From: Candidatus Komeilibacteria bacterium
GTDB lineage: Bacteria > Patescibacteriota > Patescibacteriia > UBA1558
Assembly (NCBI GenBank): GCA_048538275.1
Contig: JBLYPW010000001.1
Location: 365,928 to 429,927 of the forward strand
Direction: 5' to 3'
Length of the DNA: 64,000 bases
Shown piece after piece: positions 1 to 10,000 of this stretch. The notes under the pieces are model-generated. The model ran no database searches, was not told the DNA's origin, and saw only the letters and a list, made by a program, of their open reading frames with translations. Both the position numbers and the translations under genes were made by a program. Position 1 is the stretch's first letter. Every line of letters begins with the position of its first letter.

Positions 1-1
1 A

Positions 2-1102
2 GCAATTTCCGAAGTTTTAGAAGTAGGCTGTTTAAAGCCCAAATTTACGCCTCTGCGTCAATTATCAGCCGGTGAGATTGGTTATATTGTGACCGGTCTA
101 AAAGACATTGCTCAAGCCCGGGTTGGTGACACCATTACGCACAGTGCTCAGCCGGCTGAACCATTAGCCGGTTATAAAGAGATACAGCCGATGGTATTTG
201 CCGGCATATTTTGTAGAGAAGGGGACGAATATCCCCGTTTGCGTAGCGCCATTGAGAAATTAAAACTAAATGACGGGGCCTTAAGCTATGAGCCGGAGAA
301 TTCACCGGCCTTGGGTTTTGGTTTTCGCTGTGGTTTCTTAGGTTTGTTACATTTGGAAGTGGTTAGTGAGCGACTGCGCCGTGAATTTAATTTAGATTTG
401 ATAATAACGGTGCCGGCAGTAGCTTATCAAGTGACTAAGACAGACGGCAATAAAGTGTTGATAAGTAATCCTCAGGAATTTGGTGATAATAGTAGCATAG
501 CTGTTATTAAGGAGCCTATTTTGCGAGCAGACATTGTCACCCCGGTTGATTATTTGGGCTCTATTATGCAGTTAGCGCAGGAGCGGCGTGGTGAATACAT
601 CAATACGGAGTATTTAGATGATAAGCGAGTGGTGCTACATTATTATTTACCATTAGCTACTATTTTAGCTGATTTTTATGGTGCTTTAAAAAGTTTAAGT
701 TCTGGTTATGCTTCTTTAAATTATAGTTGGCATAGTTATCAGGAGACGCAAGTGGTGAAATTGGATATTTTGGTGGCAGAAGAGCCGGTAGAAGCACTCA
801 GTAGCATGGTTTATAGTGATGAAGTGCAAACGGTAGCCAGGCGAATGGTGAGTAAATTAAAAGATGTATTGCCACGACAGCAGTTTCAACTTAAAATTCA
901 AGCAGCGGTGGGCGGAAAAATAGTAGCGGCGGAAAGATTATCTGCTTTACGAAAAGACGTCACCGCCAAGCTATATGGCGGCGATGTGACTCGTAAGCGT
1001 AAGTTATTGGAAAAGCAAAAAAAAGGAAAGAAGAAAATGGCCCAAATGGGGAAGGTGCAGATTCCTAGTGAAGCATTTTTGGCTTTACTAAAAAAGGATT
1101 AA
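2..1102 (+). CDS. lepA: Elongation factor 4 (LepA), C-terminal part; the 5' end lies upstream of the window
   Basis: The frame is open from position 2. The translation carries the LepA-specific C-terminal domain (…ALGFGFRCGFLGLLHLEVV…ERLRREFNLDLI…), and the upstream in-frame residues (SAGEIGYIVTGLKDI…VGDTIT) match LepA domain II. Confidence 0.9.
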   Translation, partial: AISEVLEVGCLKPKFTPLRQLSAGEIGYIVTGLKDIAQARVGDTITHSAQPAEPLAGYKEIQPMVFAGIFCREGDEYPRLRSAIEKLKLNDGALSYEPENSPALGFGFRCGFLGLLHLEVVSERLRREFNLDLIITVPAVAYQVTKTDGNKVLISNPQEFGDNSSIAVIKEPILRADIVTPVDYLGSIMQLAQERRGEYINTEYLDDKRVVLHYYLPLATILADFYGALKSLSSGYASLNYSWHSYQETQVVKLDILVAEEPVEALSSMVYSDEVQTVARRMVSKLKDVLPRQQFQLKIQAAVGGKIVAAERLSALRKDVTAKLYGGDVTRKRKLLEKQKKGKKKMAQMGKVQIPSEAFLALLKKD

Positions 1103-1233
1103 TAATAGAGAAATCCTAAAGTCCAGCTTATCATAGAAAATACTATAATAATGGACAAAATTAGCCAAACGATTTTTTGAGTTTTTCTGCGCATAGTCTT
1201 TGTTAGCTTTAATTGATTTGTTATAATTATTCT

Positions 1234-1635
1234 ATGAGTCAAGGAGGATTTAGAAAATTTTATAATTCGGTCTGGTTTTTGTGGCTATGTGTGATATTAT
1301 TAGCGCTTTTTTTAGGGGCGACTTGGCGAGATTATCATAAGCAATCTGATTTGCGTGATGATATTGCCGCTTTGAATCAAGAGATAACCAACCTCGATCA
1401 ACAACAAAGCGATTTGTTGGAGACTCTAAAATATGTGCAAAGTAGTGACTTTGTAGAGATTGAAGCCCGTACTAAGCTGAATTTACGTAAGCCAGGAGAA
1501 AAAGTAATTATTGTGTCCAGTGATGAAGATATTGCCAATTTGCCCGCTAGCAAAGAAAGTAATATCAACAGGTTTTTACAACCGACCATCTCTAATTATC
1601 AAAAGTGGTGGTCATATTTTTTTCCTTCTCGCTGA
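1234..1635 (+). CDS. FtsB/DivIC-like septum formation initiator (single TM helix plus coiled coil)
   Basis: An ATG at 1234 is preferred over the TTG at 1213 used by the ORF track. The protein has an N-terminal hydrophobic helix followed by a leucine-zipper-like coiled coil (DIAALNQEITNLDQQQSDLLETL) and a (V/I)xxEARxxLNL motif typical of FtsB/DivIC. A cell-division context (ftsEX) lies downstream. Confidence 0.6.
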   Translation: MSQGGFRKFYNSVWFLWLCVILLALFLGATWRDYHKQSDLRDDIAALNQEITNLDQQQSDLLETLKYVQSSDFVEIEARTKLNLRKPGEKVIIVSSDEDIANLPASKESNINRFLQPTISNYQKWWSYFFPSR

Positions 1636-1646
1636 TGGAAAAGTAG

Positions 1647-1722
1647 TGGAGCCAAGAAAGGGACTCGAACCCTTAACCTACGGTTTACGATACCGTTGCT
1701 CTACCAGTTGAGCTATCTTGGC
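1647..1722 (-). tRNA. tRNA-Thr (anticodon CGU), 3'-CCA encoded
   Basis: The reverse complement folds as a cloverleaf by hand. The acceptor stem is GCCAAGA/TCTTGGC, the D-arm GCTC..GAGC, and the anticodon stem ACGGT/ACCGT with loop AUCGUAA (anticodon CGU). The T-arm is AAGGG-TTCGAGT-CCCTT, followed by discriminator T and CCA. Confidence 0.85.
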
Positions 1723-1724
1723 TC

Positions 1725-1850
1725 GTCACTTTAAAGTGACGAGCCTGGGATGTCATTTAAAATGAAGAGCCTGGGATGTCATTTAAAATGAAGAGCCTGG
1801 GATGTCATTTAAAATGAAGAGTCTGGGACGTCATTTAAAGTTTATATGAA
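1725..1850. repeat. Tandem direct repeat array (26-bp unit gagcctgggatgtcatttaaaatgaa: three exact copies plus one degenerate), preceded by a 16-bp palindrome gtcactttaaagtgac
   Basis: The exact units are 1741-1766, 1767-1792 and 1793-1818; a degenerate fourth copy spans 1819-1844. Each unit contains the near-palindrome tcatttaaaatga. The array lies between two co-oriented tRNA genes. Confidence 0.8.
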
Positions 1851-1856
1851 TTAGAT

Positions 1857-1930
1857 TGGAGCGAGTAACGGGAATCGAACCCGTGTCCTATCCTTGGGAA
1901 GGATATGTTCTACCATTAAACTATACTCGC
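1857..1930 (-). tRNA. tRNA-Gly (anticodon CCC), 3'-CCA encoded
   Basis: The reverse complement has acceptor stem GCGAGTA/TACTCGC and anticodon stem TATCC/GGATA with loop UUCCCAA (anticodon CCC). The T-arm is CGGGT-TCGATTC-CCGTT, followed by discriminator T and CCA. Confidence 0.85.
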
Positions 1931-1961
1931 GCGTTTAAGATTATATTATATAAATAGCAGT

Positions 1962-3059
1962 ATGAAAAGTCTTAGTCAAATAATAATTATTTTTACCCTG
2001 CTTATTTGCAGTTTATTTGTCTTTCAGCCAGTTCAAGCAGTAGATAATTTTAGTGCTCATTTAACTATAGAACAAATTAGAAACGGTGCAAATTTAGCAA
2101 GCAACGATGGTATTTTTAATATTTCTTGGCCAGCGGAGTCTTATACCCAACCTATTGACGTATATTTGACAACCGATTCAGCGGTGCCCAATTATCCGGC
2201 TGGTGATATTATTTCTTCGGTTTATTCGTATTATATCTTAAGTTCAGAATCAGCATCTAAATCATTTGAAATTGCTATCCGCTTTACAGATAGCAGTCCC
2301 TGGGCTAAACATATTTGGCTATATGATTATAAACAACATAATTGGCTGCGCTTACCAACTAGATTGGATAGGGCAGGGGGCTTGGCTATTGCCAGCACGA
2401 CTCATTATTATGGTAAGGCAGTTTTGTTGTCCGAGAAAGTGATGTTATATAATCAGGGTGAGGGCGTATATGAGAGTTTTGCTAAAGATTTTGCGGTACA
2501 ACCGGATGCTAGACAATTATTTTCAGAGATAACTATAGCCGCTTATAATAATCAGCTTTATCCAGAACAATGGCCTAGAGTGAGTGATATTTATCAATAT
2601 GAGTTGGTCGGTGGTGAGATGGCTGCTACGCCTTTTACTTTGCATTGGTCTTATAAATTTGTTGATGCAGCCATGCCCACAGCTTTTTATTGGGATAATG
2701 GTAAACAAAACTGGATAAGTTTGCCTACTTTAGCTGATTTGGATAGGGGCGAGGTGATAGCGCAGACTGTTTTTCCTTATGCGCGCGTGGCTTTATTTCA
2801 ACAGCCCAATGTCTCAGCCGGTGAAGCTAGCTGGTATGCTTATAAAAATTGTAATTGTGCCGCTGTGCGAGATTATCCCAAGGGTACTAAATTGCGCGTA
2901 ACAAACTTATATAATGGCAAAAGTGTCATTGTGCGTGTCAATGATTATGGTCCAGAAGCTTGGACAGGAAGAATCATTGATTTGGATAAAATAGCTTTTG
3001 CCCAGATTGCTAGTTTACGAATGGGCCTCACAAATGTTAAAATAGAAGCACTACAATGA
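1962..3059 (+). CDS. Secreted RlpA-like protein (N-terminal signal peptide; C-terminal double-psi beta-barrel / rare lipoprotein A-like domain)
   Basis: There is a hydrophobic N-terminal signal sequence. The C-terminus (ASWYAYKNCNCAAVRDYPKGTKLRVTNLYNGKSVIVRVNDYGP…GRIIDLDKIAFAQIA) matches the RlpA/DPBB consensus (SWYG…VRINDRGP…IDLS). The gene sits directly upstream of ftsEX. Confidence 0.75.
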   Translation: MKSLSQIIIIFTLLICSLFVFQPVQAVDNFSAHLTIEQIRNGANLASNDGIFNISWPAESYTQPIDVYLTTDSAVPNYPAGDIISSVYSYYILSSESASKSFEIAIRFTDSSPWAKHIWLYDYKQHNWLRLPTRLDRAGGLAIASTTHYYGKAVLLSEKVMLYNQGEGVYESFAKDFAVQPDARQLFSEITIAAYNNQLYPEQWPRVSDIYQYELVGGEMAATPFTLHWSYKFVDAAMPTAFYWDNGKQNWISLPTLADLDRGEVIAQTVFPYARVALFQQPNVSAGEASWYAYKNCNCAAVRDYPKGTKLRVTNLYNGKSVIVRVNDYGPEAWTGRIIDLDKIAFAQIASLRMGLTNVKIEALQ

Positions 3060-3736
3060 TAAAAATAAAAAACGTCACAAAAGCATATAGTCCCGGAGAT
3101 GCTACTCTCAAAAATGTCAGCTTAGAAATAAAGTCTGGTGAGTTTGTGTCATTGGTCGGGCAATCTGGCACAGGCAAGACTACTTTAGTCAAATTAATTA
3201 TTGCGGAAGAAAAACCTACCGATGGTCATATTATAGTTGGCGGTTGGGATATTACTTATATTCCGGCCTATGAAGTGCCGTATCTAAGACGTCAGATAGG
3301 AGTGGTTTTTCAAGATTTTAAACTTTTACCAAAATTAACGGTTTATGAGAATGTGGCCTTTGCTTTAGAAACTTGTGGCGCTAGTAAACATAAGATTACT
3401 CATACCGTTCCTCAGGTTCTCAGGATAGTCGGTTTAGAGAATAAGATGGATCGCTATCCAGCACAACTTTCGGGCGGAGAACAACAGCGTGTTGTTATTG
3501 CACGTTCTTTAGTACACAAGCCAAAATTATTGATAGCTGATGAACCCACTGGTAATTTAGATTCTATCAACACCAAGGAAATTATTGATTTATTGCTCAA
3601 GATTAATGAAATTGGCACTACCGTAATGTTGGTTACGCATAATCGTGAAGTAGTAAATAATTTAAAAAAGAGAGTAGTGACTATGGATCAAGGTGAGATT
3701 ATCTCTGATCAAAGCCGTGGTCGCTATGTATTATAG
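3056..3736 (+). CDS. ftsE: Cell division ATP-binding protein FtsE
   Basis: Walker A (GQSGTGKTT), the ABC signature (LSGGEQQRVVIARSL) and Walker B (LLIADEPTGNLD) are present. The size and position immediately before ftsX fit FtsE, and there is an ATGA overlap with the upstream gene. Confidence 0.9.
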   Translation: MIKIKNVTKAYSPGDATLKNVSLEIKSGEFVSLVGQSGTGKTTLVKLIIAEEKPTDGHIIVGGWDITYIPAYEVPYLRRQIGVVFQDFKLLPKLTVYENVAFALETCGASKHKITHTVPQVLRIVGLENKMDRYPAQLSGGEQQRVVIARSLVHKPKLLIADEPTGNLDSINTKEIIDLLLKINEIGTTVMLVTHNREVVNNLKKRVVTMDQGEIISDQSRGRYVL

Positions 3737-3748
3737 TGTATAAAATTT

Positions 3749-4672
3749 ATGTTTTTATTGGATATTTATAGAGCATTCCGTTTTGCCTGGCAAAGTTTTT
3801 GGCGAAACTTCTGGCTTAGCATAGTTACTATTACTATTATTAGCCTGGCTTTGATATCGGTAAGTTTCTTATTATTATTCAATATCACCACTACTCATGT
3901 TATTGATACAGTGCAAAATAATACAGAAATTTATATTGATTTAACGCCCCAGGCCAAACTAGCCCAAGTGCAGTTTTTGGTGGACGAATTAAATAAGCTG
4001 CCAGAAATAAAAGCAGTGCAATTCATCACCCCGGAGGAAACATTACAAGCCTTTAAAGAGAGGTATAGTGATAACAGCGTGGTTATGGATTCTTTGGAAA
4101 GTTTGGATGAAAATCCTTTTACCGGTAGCCTAATGCTGAAAGTCCAGCAAATAGATCAATTTTCAGCTTTATTAGACGAAATATCCAAACCAGAATATGG
4201 CGATATTTTGGAAATTAATAATAGTGAATTTTATCAGGCTAGAGATTTGATAAATGCCATTAATGATTATTCCCAAAAAGTGGAAAATGTTGGTTTTGGT
4301 ATAAGTATATTTTTTGTGCTAATTTCTATCATTGTAGTATTTAATACCATTCAAATGGGCATTTATTCACACCGTGAAGAGATTGGTATTATGAAACTAG
4401 TGGGCGCTTCCAATAGTTTTATTCGCGCTCCCTTCTTAATTGAGGGAATTTTATACAGTTTTATCGCTATTATTTTAGTAGGGGCTATTATTTATCCGCT
4501 TAGTATTTTTGTGCAACCGCATTTAGATAATTTCTTAGGTGAATATTCTTTATCATTGGTCAATGCCATTAATAATAGTGCCTGGCAAGTATTTGGTTTA
4601 GAAATTGGCATTGCCATTTTAATTACCGTTATCTCCAGTTTATTGGCTACGCGTCGCTACCTTAAAGTTTAG
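3749..4672 (+). CDS. ftsX: Cell division permease FtsX
   Basis: The protein has four TM segments and a large periplasmic loop, and follows ftsE. A conserved FtsX motif is present (GASNSFIRAPFLIEG). Confidence 0.85.
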   Translation: MFLLDIYRAFRFAWQSFWRNFWLSIVTITIISLALISVSFLLLFNITTTHVIDTVQNNTEIYIDLTPQAKLAQVQFLVDELNKLPEIKAVQFITPEETLQAFKERYSDNSVVMDSLESLDENPFTGSLMLKVQQIDQFSALLDEISKPEYGDILEINNSEFYQARDLINAINDYSQKVENVGFGISIFFVLISIIVVFNTIQMGIYSHREEIGIMKLVGASNSFIRAPFLIEGILYSFIAIILVGAIIYPLSIFVQPHLDNFLGEYSLSLVNAINNSAWQVFGLEIGIAILITVISSLLATRRYLKV

Positions 4673-4692
4673 TTGGAATAAATTTAATTATA

Positions 4693-4747
4693 AAAAAGAC
4701 CCAGTCGGTAAGTCGCGTTAGACGCGAGCAAAATCGTCTGGGTTTTA
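4693..4747. terminator. Bidirectional intrinsic terminator between convergent ftsX and rpmA
   Basis: The hairpin aaaaagacccag…ctgggtttt has A-tracts and T-tracts on either side and nests an inner tcgcg/cgcga stem. Confidence 0.6.
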
Positions 4748-4783
4748 TAATTGTTGGCAGTATTCAGTTGTATTGTTATCTAT

Positions 4784-5056
4784 TTATACCACGTCAACAA
4801 AAACAGCTTTTTTTAGCTGGCCATCAAATCTAGTCATTTTTCTTTGGCGAAATTTTATCTTACCGCTGGCTGTTGCCATGAGAGTATCATCTTTAGTCTG
4901 CATAACATTTTTACCGGGGCGGTATTGGCTGCCACGTTGACGGATAATAATATTACCCGCTTTTGCGCTTTGGCCGTCGTGTAATTTTACACCCAGTCTT
5001 TGCGCATTAGAATCTCTAAGATTTGACGCTGTTCCGCCGGCCTTTTTATGTGCCAT
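4784..5056 (-). CDS. rpmA: 50S ribosomal protein L27
   Basis: MAHKKAGG…[13 protein letters not shown]…[18 protein letters not shown]… is near-canonical L27. Confidence 0.95.
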   Translation of the reverse strand: MAHKKAGGTASNLRDSNAQRLGVKLHDGQSAKAGNIIIRQRGSQYRPGKNVMQTKDDTLMATASGKIKFRQRKMTRFDGQLKKAVFVDVV

Positions 5057-5234
5057 AAATTTGTAATTTCTTAAATATTAAATATGGTACCGATATAATA
5101 AGACATTATTGCTTTTAAGTCAATAGCTTGCATATTGTTTTATTTTTAGGATTGCAAAAATATATATTTTATGCCGTAATATTTACTTTAATTTTTAATA
5201 AAAAAATGCTATGATATTGTAGTAAAAATAATAA

Positions 5235-5480
5235 ATGTCAACATCACAAATAGATATAAAAAAAATTGCCGAACAGGAATTGGATAAAATAAGGCCTTAT
5301 TTGGAGGGCCATGGCGGACAAGTAGAAATAGTAGACTGGGATAAGCCTGGCGGTACATTATTTATACGCCTGACCGGGCGATGCAGCAGTTGTGCTTGGG
5401 CGGGACTTACCTTTGAGCAGATGATAGCCGAGCGTTTACGACATTTGCCTGGTATTAATGATATTAGATTAATAGCATGA
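5235..5480 (+). CDS. NifU-like (Nfu) Fe-S cluster scaffold/carrier domain protein
   Basis: GGxVEIV…RLTGRCSSCAW…TFEQMIAERL is an Nfu-type CxxC domain. The gene immediately precedes, and overlaps, the cysteine desulfurase gene. Confidence 0.75.
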   Translation: MSTSQIDIKKIAEQELDKIRPYLEGHGGQVEIVDWDKPGGTLFIRLTGRCSSCAWAGLTFEQMIAERLRHLPGINDIRLIA

Positions 5481-6658
5481 AAAGGATTTACTTTGATTAT
5501 GCCGCCACCACTCCTATGCACAAGTCTGTCGCAGTTGTCATGGATGATTATGCTAGTAAAACATTTGGTAATCCTAGTTCACAGCATTGGTTTGGTCAGC
5601 AAGCACGGGCGGCTGTAGAAAGCGTACGCCAACAAATTGCTGATGATTTGTTTTGCCAACCCAATGAGTTGTTGTTTACCAGCGGAGCAACCGAATCAGA
5701 TAATTTGGCACTGGGAGGAGTGATTAATTATTGGTTAGCTCAGTGGCGAGAGGTGAAGCGCCAGCCTCATATTATAATTAGTGCTTTTGAGCATCCAGCG
5801 GTTTTGAGTACGGCATTGGCCTGGGAGCGACGGGGTGTGCAAGTGACGCTGGTAAATCCGCTGGCGAGCGGCGTCGTAGACGTGGAGGATATAAAAAAAG
5901 CTATTACCGATAATACAGTTTTGCTTTCTTTAATGTATGTCAATAATGAGATTGGCACGGTCCAGCCGGTTCAAGTCTTGGGCAAATATTTATTAGAACT
6001 AAATAAAGAAAGACAGGCAAATAATTTAGGTCGTATTTCTTATCATATTGATGCCGTACAGGCCTTGAATTATCTGAATTGCCGACCCGATCATCTGCGG
6101 GCGGATTTGATGTCTTTTTCTGGACATAAGATATATGGTCCCAAAGGAGTAGGGATTTTATATTTACGCCATGGTACTCCTTTTGTAGCTTTGCAAACCG
6201 GTGGCGCGCAGGAAAATGGCAGGCGCGCAGGCACGCTCAATGTTCCGGGTATTGTTGGTATGGGCAAAGCGATGGTTCAAGCAATAGCTGATGCGGTTGA
6301 GCAGGGTGAAAAAATAAAGGCTTTGCAACAGTCAATGGAAAAACAGTTACAACAGCGTTATCAAGCGATTATTAATTGCCAAAATAGTGAGCGCGCCCCT
6401 CATATTAGTAATTTGCGTATTCCCGGATTGAACGGTGAACAATTGGCTGTGCAGTTGGATTTAGAGGGTATAGCAATTTCTACTGGATCGGCTTGTTCTT
6501 CTGGCTCTACCAAACCGTCAGTAACATTATCAGCCTTGGGTTTGGATAAACAAGCTGTCAGCGAGAGTGTAAGGGTGAGTTTGGGGATGGGTAATAAGCA
6601 TTCGGATATTGTTTATTTTTTCAAAGTTTTAGATAAAATAATAAAAAATAATGTTTAA
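5477..6658 (+). CDS. Cysteine desulfurase (class V aminotransferase, IscS/NifS-like)
   Basis: The translation carries FDYAATTP…FTSGATESDNLAL…SAFEHPAVL…SFSGHKIYGPKGVGILYLR (PLP-lysine region) and a C-terminal catalytic-cysteine loop (ISTGSACSSGS). Confidence 0.9.
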   Translation: MKRIYFDYAATTPMHKSVAVVMDDYASKTFGNPSSQHWFGQQARAAVESVRQQIADDLFCQPNELLFTSGATESDNLALGGVINYWLAQWREVKRQPHIIISAFEHPAVLSTALAWERRGVQVTLVNPLASGVVDVEDIKKAITDNTVLLSLMYVNNEIGTVQPVQVLGKYLLELNKERQANNLGRISYHIDAVQALNYLNCRPDHLRADLMSFSGHKIYGPKGVGILYLRHGTPFVALQTGGAQENGRRAGTLNVPGIVGMGKAMVQAIADAVEQGEKIKALQQSMEKQLQQRYQAIINCQNSERAPHISNLRIPGLNGEQLAVQLDLEGIAISTGSACSSGSTKPSVTLSALGLDKQAVSESVRVSLGMGNKHSDIVYFFKVLDKIIKNNV

Positions 6659-6995
6659 AGATTGGTGGCATAAATTTAATTGGCTAAGTGGGCATATCCT
6701 TGCTTTATTAGCTAATGCAGCTATTTGGCTATGGCTAGTTTTTATGATCCAACCGACTGGCGATAGTGCCCCTTTACATTTTAATGTGTATTTTGGATTG
6801 GATGCTTTAGGCGATGCTCATCGTTTGTACAATCAGCCCCTATGGGGATTATTAATAGTATTGGCTAATATATTCATGGCTTACTTGGCTAGAGCAAAGC
6901 AACATGGTATAAAAATATATTTAGGATATTTTAGCTTAGTTTGTCAGTTTTTGATTTTTTATGCTTTAGCCGCTTTGATTGTAAATTATTATTAA
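6651..6995 (+). CDS. Small integral membrane protein (3-4 TM), function unknown
   Basis: The ORF overlaps the upstream stop codon (ATGTTTAA). Its hydrophobic segments are regularly spaced. Confidence 0.5.
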   Translation: MFKDWWHKFNWLSGHILALLANAAIWLWLVFMIQPTGDSAPLHFNVYFGLDALGDAHRLYNQPLWGLLIVLANIFMAYLARAKQHGIKIYLGYFSLVCQFLIFYALAALIVNYY

Positions 6996-7042
6996 AACAA
7001 ATTTTAAGTAACTAAAAACTTATTACTTATCAACTACACTCT

Positions 7043-10000
7043 ATGTCTCTAGAAAATCCACAATTGAATAATCAAGCGCCGCAAGCAGAAAATATAGAAA
7101 CAGAATATACTGTGGAGGAAGTAGAATGGAAAGCAAAGGTTATTAATAATTCTATGGGGCAATTTTTGCAAGCCAAAGCATTAAATTTAGTCGAGTCTAT
7201 AACATATGAAGATAAGCAAGCTAAAGCCTTATCCGGCATTGCCCAAGCCCAGGCCGGCCAAGGTCAAATAGAGCCAGCCTTGCATATCGCCCGGTCTATA
7301 ACCCATGAATATTATAAAGCCGAAGCTTTATCCGGCATTGCCCAAGCCCAGGCCGGCCAAGGTCAAATAGAGCCGGCCTTGCATAGCGCCGAGTCTATAA
7401 TCGATGAATATAACAAAGCCAAAGCCTTATCCGGCATTGCCCAAGCCCAGGCCGGCCAAGGTCAAATAGAGCCGGCCTTGCATATCGCCCGGTCTATAAC
7501 CAGTGAATATGTCAAAGCCAAAGTCTTATCCGGCATTGCCCAAGCCCAGGTTAATGAGGATCAGCTGGACAGAATTGTAAAGCTAGCCGAGTCTATAACC
7601 CATGAATATTATAAAGCCAAAGTCTTATCCGCTATTGCCCAAGCCCAGGCCGGCCAAGGTCAAATAGAGCCGGCCTTGCATATCGCCGAGTCTATAACCA
7701 ATGAAAGTGAAAAAGCCAAAGTCTTATCCGCTATTGCCCAAGCCCAGGCCGGCCAAGGTCAAATAGAGCCGGCCTTGCATATCGCCGAGTCTATAACCCA
7801 TGAACATTATAAAGACGAAGCATTATCCGCTATTGTCCAAGCCCAGACCCGTCAAGCCGCTAAACTTGTCAGTAATAATAGGCTAGATCTCAGTCAGGAC
7901 CAATCAATGTTAGATAAGCTATTTTCTAAAGCTGTTTTGCACAAAGACAGTGAAATACTGCGGTCATTAGGATTTATCTTAACCCTTGAAGAACAAAACA
8001 GATTATTGGCTATTATAGCACCGTCCGAACAAAGTATATGCCGCAGGCAGTTCAACTTTAAGATCAAGGAATTGGGAGTACAGCTTATGGATCTCTGCGG
8101 TACCGATACAATAGATGGCGAGCAAAGACCAGCTTATCTAAATCAGTTAGAGATTTTGGCTCAAACGTATCATCTTAGACTCTCGGAGTATCTTGTGGGA
8201 GCAGATAAGCTAGACGCTACATTATCAACAGAAGAACAGGCTAAATTATTATTTCAGGTTATTAGAGAAAAATCAGAGTATTGGCAAGATGAAGTCAATG
8301 TTGCCGATCCTTTCCAAGCCGGTGCAGAAACTTTTGGCTATGCCAATATGTTCAAATTTATTGATCGGGCTGGGCTATCTCGTCATGATGCCTTGCATAA
8401 TTTTAGACAGGTATTAAGCGTCTGGCAGGCCTCGGGATTAACAGCGCCAGCTTTTTATCATAATATTTTAGAACAAGTTCAAGCCGATGGTGCGGATTAT
8501 GACGAGCAAGGCAATGCCCATGGTAAATTGAATAATTTAGTGGACAATATCAATTTGGATTTTCAGGCTACTATAGCAGAGGCGCAGCAGTTTACTGGCA
8601 TAAATAAATTACAGGCTTTATTGCGAGTCATTCAAACTCCAGAGCAGATATTTTCTTCTTGGAAAATGCTGCTAAAATATAATGAAATCTGTGACTTGCT
8701 GCAGCGTAAAGAATTATTGGAGCAATTACAGTCTTTACCCAAAGCAGGCAAAGAAAAATTATTTAACTATGTAGAAACTTTAGCTTTTCATCCCAATATC
8801 TCTTTGCCCAAGGTAATGAAGTTTTGGCAAGACATAGAGGGCTTTTTAAAGATAGGCGATAGTCATACGCCAGAAGCATTGCAAGACAGAAAAAAACCAT
8901 CCAACTATATTAATTTCCCTCATTTAGATTTAACCGGCGAGCAGTTGAGAGATGCCTTGGTGGAAGGTGATTATGATAAAATCCAGGCCTTTGCTCCTCT
9001 GAGTATAGAATATGATATTGTAGATAAAAAAGCCGAGCAAATAGATCTGTCTCTGGCAGAGCAAATATTACAAGCCGTGGGCAAACGCAGTGAGGGCATC
9101 AAAGGTCAGGCTAAGAATCCAGCTAAATTATTTAGTCAGTTGACCAAACTGTTTAAACGTTATGATATCAAATTAATAGATTATTTGCGCAGCGAGCAGC
9201 CGGATGAGGATTTTCCAGAGGCAGAGTTAGTTATCAAGGAAGCTCGTATTTTACTGGCAGATAATGATATGGGCTTGCCAGAAAAAACCACTAGCGGTAA
9301 TCATTATCGTGCTAAAATTAATCTAAAGTCTGATCCGGATGGCGTGGTGGCAGGCAATGACACGGCTTGTTGTATGCCTTTTGGGTCGGGTAAAAATAAT
9401 GTCTATACTTTCAATCCAGTCTGTTCACTTTTTACTTTGCAACGCCAGACCGTCGATGGTAAGTGGCGCACCGTGGCACAAAGCGTACTCACTCGCAATA
9501 TTGATATTAAGAAAAACATTGCCGATTTAGTCAGTCAAATGGAAAAGACTGATGCCAAAATGACAGACTTGGTAGATGATACATTATTGCATGATCAGCC
9601 GGGCATCATCACTTGCGATAATATTGAAGTTGCTAAGAATTTTCAGGGTAATGACAATATCATTGAAACTATTTATAGTGATTTTTTTAGAGAATATATT
9701 CAGCAGGCTGGTGCTGACTGGGATCGGGATAAAATTATTATTGGCATGGGTTATACCGATGCCTTGACCAAACTGCCTGATATAGCCAATACTTTTATAC
9801 CGGAAGCGCCCGTGGGGTATAGTGATAATTTGCATAACAGCTCTTATGTTTTGGATTTAAAAACAACAGCCGGCCAACTGGCTTTCAAAAAGAAGATAAT
9901 AAATAAAATAGCACCTTTTACAGAGCAGGCGTCATCCAGCCTACCCAAAGGTATACAACCCTTGACTTTTCACGATGCCTTACCGGTATCATATATTGAA

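Noticed and set aside
1213-1233. Upstream alternative (TTG/GTG) starts used by the ORF track for the ftsB-like, murD (11657), rpoA (27519), rplM (28677) and LigB-like (50268) genes
   Set aside because: In each case an in-frame ATG further downstream removes an overlap with the preceding gene and matches the conserved N-terminus (for example MLTITPPDK for RpoA, MSKLFFAQE for MurD). The ATG starts are reported instead.
1398-1711. ORFs 1398..1589(-) and 1511..1711(+) from the ORF track
   Set aside because: The first is antisense inside the FtsB-like gene. The second runs through tRNA-Thr. Both are low-complexity and spurious.
1725-1850. Possible CRISPR array (regular short repeats)
   Set aside because: The 26-bp units abut directly with no unique spacers between them and only three to four copies. 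This is a simple tandem repeat, not a repeat-spacer array, and there are no cas genes nearby.
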